From NCBI GenBank assembly GCA_963701965.1, contig OY969695.1, forward strand, positions 3,616,001 to 3,680,000: DNA of 64,000 nt. The letters are read 5' to 3'. The DNA comes from an uncultured Gemmatimonadales bacterium (GTDB lineage: Bacteria; Gemmatimonadota; Gemmatimonadetes; Gemmatimonadales; Gemmatimonadaceae). The position numbers were made by a program, and so were the translations under genes. Under the pieces are notes generated by a model. It did not search any database. It was given only the letters and a program-made list of their open reading frames with translations, and was not told the DNA's origin. Below, in pieces: positions 58,230-64,000 of the stretch. Numbering within the stretch: the stretch's first letter is position 1; every line of letters begins with the position of its first letter.

Positions 58230-59150
58230 TCAGACCAAGAACTCGGCGCCGTCGACGCCGACAATGACGCCGGCGTCGGTCACGGCGCGCCGCTCCAGCG
58301 CATCTTCGATCAACATCGGGTTCGAGTTGTTGATATGGGTGTACACGCGCCGGGCGGGGCGAAAGGCGGCGAGGGCCGCCAGGCTGCCATCGGGGCCCGA
58401 GATCGGCACGTGGCCCATGGCCCGCGCCGTGGATGGCGACAGGCCAAGGCGGATCATCTCGTCGTCCGTCCAGAACGTGCCGTCGAACAGAATCAACCCG
58501 GCGTCGCCGAGGCGCTCGACGAGCGCCGCGTCTATCGCGCCACAGCCTGGCACGAACGCCATCGTGCCGCCGGTGGACGCATCGGCCACCATGAGGCCGA
58601 TCGTGTGGCCGACATCGGATGTGGTCGCGAAGCGGGGCGGGTCGCCCGCCACCGGGAATGCCTCAGCAGTGAGGCCTGTGGGCCTCCCGTCGCGGTCCAG
58701 CAGCGGGATCGCCCGGTTGAGTGGGAGGCGGGCGACGCGGACGTCGGCAAAGGCCCGGGTGGTGGGCAGGAGCCGGGAATCGTGCTCGAGGATCCGTTCC
58801 ACGGCTTCTGTCGCGTACAGCGTGAGCGCACGGGCCTCGCGCAGCAGTGGGACACCGAGAGTATGGTCCAGTTCGGCGTCCGTGAGGAGCACCGCTTCGA
58901 TCGGCACGCGACGCATCGCGTTCGACCCCGACGCGATCCCGCGGTCTGTCAGCCAATGCAGTTGCTCGCGGATATCGGGGGATGCGTTGCAGAGGAACCA
59001 GCGCTCCCCGTCGGCGCTCACCGCGAGCGACGACTGCGTGCGGGAGAACGCGCGATTGGGCGTTTCGCGCGCTACGCGGCAGGTGGGACACCAGCAGTTC
59101 CACTGGGGGAACCCGCCGCCCGCGGCCGTCCCGAGGAGAAGAACCCGCAT
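58230..59150 (-). CDS. pqqB: PQQ biosynthesis protein PqqB
   Basis: 'LGTAAGGGFPQWNC', 'RTQSS', 'NASPD', 'DGTFW', 'HINNSNP'. Confidence 0.95.
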   Translation of the reverse strand: MRVLLLGTAAGGGFPQWNCWCPTCRVARETPNRAFSRTQSSLAVSADGERWFLCNASPDIREQLHWLTDRGIASGSNAMRRVPIEAVLLTDAELDHTLGVPLLREARALTLYATEAVERILEHDSRLLPTTRAFADVRVARLPLNRAIPLLDRDGRPTGLTAEAFPVAGDPPRFATTSDVGHTIGLMVADASTGGTMAFVPGCGAIDAALVERLGDAGLILFDGTFWTDDEMIRLGLSPSTARAMGHVPISGPDGSLAALAAFRPARRVYTHINNSNPMLIEDALERRAVTDAGVIVGVDGAEFLV

Positions 59151-59170
59151 CCGTGGTCAGGAAAGCACGA

Positions 59171-59192
59171 GGGGCCCGCTCGCGCGGGCCCC
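59171..59192 (-). terminator. GC-rich hairpin between pqqA and pqqB
   Basis: Minus strand GGGGCCCGC-GCGA-GCGGGCCCC followed by TCGTGCTTT. Confidence 0.65.
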
Positions 59193-59211
59193 CCGATATC
59201 GCGCCCGGCGC

Positions 59212-59286
59212 TTAGCGGCGAGCGACGTAGGCGGTCACTTCCATCGTCACTTCGACGACTTCAAACTCGGGCTTGGTCCACGTCAT
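59212..59286 (-). CDS. pqqA: PQQ precursor peptide PqqA (MTWTKPEFEVVEVTMEVTAYVARR)
   Basis: Translated by hand; WxKP leader and ExxxY core (EVTAY); GGGGGAG Shine-Dalgarno; first gene of pqq operon. Confidence 0.95.
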   Translation of the reverse strand: MTWTKPEFEVVEVTMEVTAYVARR

Positions 59287-59319
59287 TCTGTTACTCCCCC
59301 AAAATGAGGACGTGCAACT

Positions 59320-59348
59320 ATTATCGACAATGTTCGCTATGGGCGCAA
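59320..59348 (-). promoter_or_regulatory. Putative sigma70 promoter of pqq operon
   Basis: TTGCGC-17 nt-GATAAT on minus strand. Confidence 0.5.
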
Positions 59349-59395
59349 GATGGTGCACGGGAACCTTTTTTTGACAAACGCGCTAAGTTGCGGGC

Positions 59396-60010
59396 ATGGC
59401 ATTGACGCCCGAGGAACAACGCGAGTACGACCGGAGCTTCAATGAGGAGGCCCTGCCGTGGCTGGACGACGTGTACCGCTTCGCCCTGTCGTTGACCCGA
59501 AACGAAGCCGATGCCGATGATGTCGTCCAGGAGACCTATTTGCGGGCCTATCGTTCGTGGCACACGTTCGAACGGGGCAGCGATGCCCGCCGTTGGCTCT
59601 TCACCATCTGTCGCAACGCCTTTCTGCGCACGCGCGAACGGGCGCGCCACCAGGTGGAGCTGGAGGACGGCGACGTCGAGGCTGTGGCGCACAACGTCAG
59701 CCAGGCCGACGGCGTGGTCAGCGGCGACGAGCGGTTGCTGACCCGTCTGGATTTGGCGCCCGCGCTGTCCGATGCCCTCGACCGGCTCCAAGAGCCGTTT
59801 CGCTCCGCCGTCATGCTGGTGGACGTCGAAGACCAATCCTACGAAGCCGCGTCGAGCATTCTTCACGTGCCGATCGGCACCGTCCGGTCCCGCCTCTTTC
59901 GCGGGCGGCGACTGTTGCAGAACATGCTCGCGACCTACGCCCGCGATGCCGGGTTCGCGACCGCGAAAACGCGTTCCGAAGAGGACGCAACTCCCGCCAC
60001 TCATGAGTGA
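59396..60010 (+). CDS. ECF sigma factor (SigR/SigH-like)
   Basis: 'ALPWLDDVYRFALSLTRN..DADDVVQETYLRAYR', 'WLFTICRN', 'PIGTVRSRLFRGR'. Confidence 0.92.
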   Translation: MALTPEEQREYDRSFNEEALPWLDDVYRFALSLTRNEADADDVVQETYLRAYRSWHTFERGSDARRWLFTICRNAFLRTRERARHQVELEDGDVEAVAHNVSQADGVVSGDERLLTRLDLAPALSDALDRLQEPFRSAVMLVDVEDQSYEAASSILHVPIGTVRSRLFRGRRLLQNMLATYARDAGFATAKTRSEEDATPATHE

Positions 60011-60302
60011 GCCCATTCCTCCCACCCACAACCACGCCCCCAGCGACGAGTGTGGTCCCCTCGATTGCAAGGCCGTCATCGAGCAGCTCTGGGAATATCT
60101 CGACGGCGAGCTGGGCGACGAGCAGTCGGATCTCATCCGCCAGCACCTCAAGATCTGCGCGCACTGCTATCCGCATTACGATTTCGAGAAGGCGTTTCTC
60201 GAAGCGTTGAGCGATTGCCGCTGCACGCAGTGCGCGCCGAACGAGTTGCGCGGACGGGTGTTGGAAATGCTGCGGTCCGCGGGCTTCTCGGCGACGGCGT
60301 AA
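60003..60302 (+). CDS. Soluble Cys-rich ZAS anti-sigma factor (RsrA/RshA-like)
   Basis: 'C..VIEQLWEYLDGEL', HxxxCxxC 'HLKICAHC', 7 Cys, no TM; overlaps sigma stop. Confidence 0.88.
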   Translation: MSEPIPPTHNHAPSDECGPLDCKAVIEQLWEYLDGELGDEQSDLIRQHLKICAHCYPHYDFEKAFLEALSDCRCTQCAPNELRGRVLEMLRSAGFSATA

Positions 60303-60309
60303 CCGGCGC

Positions 60310-60750
60310 TCAGGCCGTCCGGAACGCTCCCGCCTGACCGTTCAGGGTCAGCGCGTATTCGACGGGTATGGCCGGATCGAGCGAGTCGCGCACCGAGCAG
60401 TACTTCGTGATCGCCAGCTCAATGGCGCGCTCCGCGTTCTCCCGGTCGACATCGGGCCCCTCGATCTGATAGTCGAGCCGGACGCGGGTGACGCGGGCCG
60501 GCACGCCGGCCGCCCGGTCGGCGGCCGCGTCGATCGTCAATGTGGCGGGCGGCGTGCGGCGTTTTTCCAGAATCCCGACCACATCGACCGCGGTGCAGGC
60601 GGCCAGCGCCGAGACCAGCGCATCGACCGGGCTTGGACCGGTCTCTCCCGATCCGTCGATCCGCGCGATCGGCCCTCCCGGCCGCCCCGCGTCAAATCGT
60701 TTGCCGCCGGCCCACGCCACGTGCACTCTCGCAGGAGGTTTATTCGTCAT
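60310..60750 (-). CDS. OsmC/YhfA family protein
   Basis: 'GPSPVDAL..ALAACTAVDVVGILEK', 'KYCSV'; ATG 60750. Confidence 0.9.
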   Translation of the reverse strand: MTNKPPARVHVAWAGGKRFDAGRPGGPIARIDGSGETGPSPVDALVSALAACTAVDVVGILEKRRTPPATLTIDAAADRAAGVPARVTRVRLDYQIEGPDVDRENAERAIELAITKYCSVRDSLDPAIPVEYALTLNGQAGAFRTA

Positions 60751-60778
60751 GTCGAAACGTACCTGGTAGATTCCGGTC

Positions 60779-61114
60779 ATGCCCCGCCTCGATCCCTACA
60801 CGCGACACGTCCTGGTCTGCACCGGCGATTTCTGCTCGCCCGATCGCCGCGGCCGCGCGCTGTACGCCGAGTTGGCGCGGCTGCTGGAGCGCGAGGGCTT
60901 GCTGTTCGGACCGACGCGCGTGAAGCGGGGCGAGACACCGTGCCTCGGCGTCTGCGCCGGTGGACCGATCGTCGTCGTGTATCCCGAGGGCGTGTGGTAC
61001 GCCGGCGTCACGCCGGCGCTGCTGGATCGGATCGTCGTCGAGCATCTGAAGCACGGCCGCGTCGTGGAGGACGCAGTGTTTCACCGCCTCAGCGACGTTC
61101 CATCGCATCTCTGA
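60779..61114 (+). CDS. Thioredoxin-like [2Fe-2S] ferredoxin
   Basis: 'HVLVCTGDFC', 'CLGVC..GPIVVVYPEGVWY', 'IVVEHL'. Confidence 0.9.
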   Translation: MPRLDPYTRHVLVCTGDFCSPDRRGRALYAELARLLEREGLLFGPTRVKRGETPCLGVCAGGPIVVVYPEGVWYAGVTPALLDRIVVEHLKHGRVVEDAVFHRLSDVPSHL

Positions 61115-61400
61115 TGTCGAGCAGGATCTCGAAGTAGAGCTGCTCGCGGCGATAGGCGAAGTCCAGCGTCGTCATCTGGGATTGGTCGCCGGATATCTTC
61201 GCGCGCTCGAACGCTTCGCGGTACATCTCGTCGAGATTGTTCAGAATCCGGTCGCGGGCTCGGGACATGTGAATTGGGGCGAGAGTGAGACGAGGGGGGA
61301 CGAACGGCGCCTCGGGGGCCGGCGTGGCCCGTTCGGCTACATCGAGAACCCGGCGCGCTGCCTCACGGAGAAACCCCCGGGGAGTCAGGGGATCAGACAT
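61089..61400 (-). CDS. Hypothetical protein
   Basis: 103 aa, natural composition, overlaps TerC gene end; 'LDFAYRREQLYFEILLDIR'. Confidence 0.7.
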   Translation of the reverse strand: MSDPLTPRGFLREAARRVLDVAERATPAPEAPFVPPRLTLAPIHMSRARDRILNNLDEMYREAFERAKISGDQSQMTTLDFAYRREQLYFEILLDIRDAMERR

Positions 61401-62220
61401 TCCGTTGGCGGAATTTACGCGCTGAAATGGCGGTCGTCACCACGAGCGTGGCGATGACGAAGAGCAGCGTCGCCCCGGGCGGGACTTCGATGACCGACTC
61501 GAGCGCGATGGTGAGACCGACGAACACCAGGATGACCGCCAGGCCCTTGTCGAGATAGACGACTTTCTGGGTCGCGGACGCGAGGAGGACGTAGAGCGAC
61601 CGCAGACCGATCACGGCCAGGATGTTCGCCGTGTAGATGAGAAACGGGTCCCGCGTGACGGCGAACGCGGCCGGCACCGAATCCACCGCGAAGATGAGAT
61701 CGGCGGTTTCGATCAAGAGCAGCGTCGAGAGAAATGGCGACAGGCCGGGGAAGGCTTTCGCGGGCGCTTTGTGCTGGCGCCCGATGCCCATGCGGATCCC
61801 CGCCCAGATCAGGATCGCCGCGAACACGTAGGAGACCCAGTCGAGCCGGTCCAATAAGAGGGATCCCGTCAGGATGAACGCGCCGCGCATGATGACCGCG
61901 CCCAGCACGCCCCAGAGCAGCATGCGTCGTTGGTCCGGCTCGCTCACGTTCCGCGACGTGAAGATGAACAGCATGACGACGAGGTTGTCGACGCTGAGCG
62001 ACAGCTCCAGCAGGTAGCAGGTGATGAACGAGACCGCGGGCTGGGGGCCCCGGGTTTTCAGGAGCCACACGCCCATGGCCAACGCGAGGGTCACCCAGAC
62101 CGCGGTCCAGATGGCCGCCCGCCGGCGCCCGCCGGCGCCGGCGAAGGCCAAATCGAGTCCCAGCGCCGCGAGCACGACGCCATGAAAAGCGATCCACACC
62201 CACAACGGAACGCCCATCAC
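61393..62220 (-). CDS. TerC/Alx family membrane protein
   Basis: 'ELSLSVDNL', 'QRRMLLWGVLGA..MRG', 'DLIFAVDSVPA', 'GLRSLY'. Confidence 0.92.
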   Translation of the reverse strand: MMGVPLWVWIAFHGVVLAALGLDLAFAGAGGRRRAAIWTAVWVTLALAMGVWLLKTRGPQPAVSFITCYLLELSLSVDNLVVMLFIFTSRNVSEPDQRRMLLWGVLGAVIMRGAFILTGSLLLDRLDWVSYVFAAILIWAGIRMGIGRQHKAPAKAFPGLSPFLSTLLLIETADLIFAVDSVPAAFAVTRDPFLIYTANILAVIGLRSLYVLLASATQKVVYLDKGLAVILVFVGLTIALESVIEVPPGATLLFVIATLVVTTAISARKFRQRNV

Positions 62221-62233
62221 GGCGGTCGCCTCC

Positions 62234-64000
62234 CTAGAACGTATTCAGCTCCTCGTACGCGCGGACGAAATCGCTGACTTGCGGCAGTGTCGCATCCTCG
62301 AGCCGAGGCGCGTATCCCACGAACGCATCGAGCGACGCGACGCGCTTGACCGGCGCGTCGAGCCACGCGAAGCACTCATCGGCGATCGCCGCCGCGATCT
62401 CGGCCCCGTACCCCCACGACACGGAGTCCTCATAAGCCACGATCACGCGCGATGTCTTCTTGACGGAGGCGAAGACCGTCTCCCGATCCCACGGCGACAA
62501 CGTGCGCAGGTCGATGACCTCGACATCGATCGGCCGCTCGGCGCGATCGGCGACGGTGTTGGCCGCCGTCAGCGCCCGCTGAACGGTGGCGCCATAGGTC
62601 ACCACCGTGATGTCCGCGCCCGCCCGAACGGTCCGCGCTTTGCCAAACGGGATCATGAAATTGGCGCCCGGCACGCGCCCCTTGTTGTACGTCTGCCGAT
62701 ACAGATGCTTGTGTTCCAGGAACATGACCGGGTCGTCGCAACGGATCGCCGTCCGGAGAAGGCCGTTGGCGTCGAGCGCCGACGACGGGCACACGACCCG
62801 CAACCCGGGGCAGTGCGTGAACAGCGACGCGCCGGTCTGCGAGTGATAGATGGCGCCGCGGATGTATCCACCGTAGGTCACGCGGACGACGACCGGGGCC
62901 GTGAACGCGTTGTTCGACCGCCACCGCATCGTCGCCAATTCATCGCGGAGCTGCATGTACGCGGGCCAGATGTAGTCGAAGAACTGGATCTCGACCACGG
63001 GCTTGAACCCGCGCCCCGCCAACCCGATCGCGCGGCCGATGATGTTGGCCTCGGCCAGTGGCGAGTTGTACACCCGATCTCCGCCGAACTCCCGCTGGAG
63101 TCCCCAGGTGACCTTGAACACGCCGCCCTTGCCTTTCACGGTCTCGAGGGCGTCCTCCCGGGTGGCATCGGCGACGTCTTCGCCGAAAATCAGAATGCGG
63201 GGATCGCGGCGCATCTCCTCGCGCATGCAGGCGTTCAGGAGATCGACCATCGTCGTTGGCTCGCCGGTCGCCTGCGGATCGTCTTCGGTATCGAACTGCT
63301 CGCCGGTGGGGTCGACGTCCGGCGAATACACGCCAAACAGCGCCGTCCCCGCCTCCGGCTGCGGCTGGGCCAGCGCGTCGTCGGTCGCCGCCTGAACTTC
63401 GGTGTCGGCCGCTTCGCGGACCCCGGCCAGCTCCTCCTCGGTCGCCAGCCCCTCAGCAATGAGCCACCGCGGGAACGTCGTCAGCGGATCGCGCTGCGCA
63501 TCGGCGTCCCGCTCGGCAGCCGGCCGGTACAGCTTCTCGTCATCGGACAGCGAGTGCGAGTAGGGCCGGATCACCGAGGCGTGCACCAGCGCCGGCCCCT
63601 TCCGCGCGCGCGTGTACGCGATGGCGCGTTGCATGGTGGCGTAGCTGGCGAGGAAATCGCAGCCATCGACCTCTTCGATGAAGAGACCGGGGAAGCCGCT
63701 GACCAGCTTGGAGATCGACCCGCCGGGCGTGTTGACCTCGACGGGGACGGAGATGGCGTACCCGTTGTCCTCGACGAGATAGATGACCGGCAGCTTGAGA
63801 TTACAGGCGGTGCTGAGCGACTCCCAGAACTCGCCTTCGCTCGTGGCGCCATCGCCGGTCGAGACGTACACGACTTCGTCGCGCGTGAACCCGTCACTAA
63901 TGTCTAGTCGTGAGGCGCGCAGCCACCCTTCGGCGCAACCGACGGCTTGCAGGAACTGCGTACCGGTCGGTGACGACGAGGAGACGATGTTGAGCGCCTT
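62234..64000 (-). CDS. 2-oxoacid dehydrogenase E1 alpha/beta fusion (5' truncated by window edge)
   Basis: TPP motif 'GDGATSEG...EDN', 'HSLSDD', beta part 'GEDVA', 'EIQFFDY', 'EHKHLY'; frame open to 64000. Confidence 0.93.
   Translation of the reverse strand, partial: KALNIVSSSSPTGTQFLQAVGCAEGWLRASRLDISDGFTRDEVVYVSTGDGATSEGEFWESLSTACNLKLPVIYLVEDNGYAISVPVEVNTPGGSISKLVSGFPGLFIEEVDGCDFLASYATMQRAIAYTRARKGPALVHASVIRPYSHSLSDDEKLYRPAAERDADAQRDPLTTFPRWLIAEGLATEEELAGVREAADTEVQAATDDALAQPQPEAGTALFGVYSPDVDPTGEQFDTEDDPQATGEPTTMVDLLNACMREEMRRDPRILIFGEDVADATREDALETVKGKGGVFKVTWGLQREFGGDRVYNSPLAEANIIGRAIGLAGRGFKPVVEIQFFDYIWPAYMQLRDELATMRWRSNNAFTAPVVVRVTYGGYIRGAIYHSQTGASLFTHCPGLRVVCPSSALDANGLLRTAIRCDDPVMFLEHKHLYRQTYNKGRVPGANFMIPFGKARTVRAGADITVVTYGATVQRALTAANTVADRAERPIDVEVIDLRTLSPWDRETVFASVKKTSRVIVAYEDSVSWGYGAEIAAAIADECFAWLDAPVKRVASLDAFVGYAPRLEDATLPQVSDFVRAYEELNTF

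Noticed and set aside
59371..59376. Perfect TTGACA upstream of the ECF sigma gene
   Set aside because: No -10 element at 16-18 nt spacing (that position falls on the start codon)

Overview
GC-rich (roughly 70% by eye) bacterial chromosomal window. Gene content and organisation suggest Gemmatimonadota, which is an inference. Most of it is housekeeping or accessory metabolism: a TolC/MFP/RND efflux system, two ABC systems, a suf operon with two SufU paralogs, a TPP riboswitch with thiC, several secreted peptidases, rnd, two ECF sigma/ZAS anti-sigma pairs, queG, greA, glpD, fadIJ, proline dehydrogenase, rsgA, and a long, tightly packed minus-strand run pqqABCDE-histidine kinase-bioFADB-pdxH. Two small inserted two-gene modules stand out. 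(1) A 'mobile mystery protein A/B' (XRE + Fic) cassette has twin 20-bp palindromic operators and is bounded by a duplicated queG 3' end. (2) A DUF6036-like nucleotidyltransferase plus an uncharacterised winged-helix protein sits behind a near-consensus sigma70 promoter covered by 23-bp inverted repeats; this is a candidate novel type IV TA/anti-phage system. Other notable signals are a pervasive leaderless-gene signature (TANNNT 5-7 nt before start codons), an RsgA N-terminal fusion, a greA leader terminator, REP-like GNA-triloop double hairpins, and two small genes missing from the ORF track (pqqA and a 53-aa membrane protein). I recognised no tRNA, rRNA, CRISPR array, transposase or integrase. 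All family assignments come from motif recognition by eye, not from database searches.
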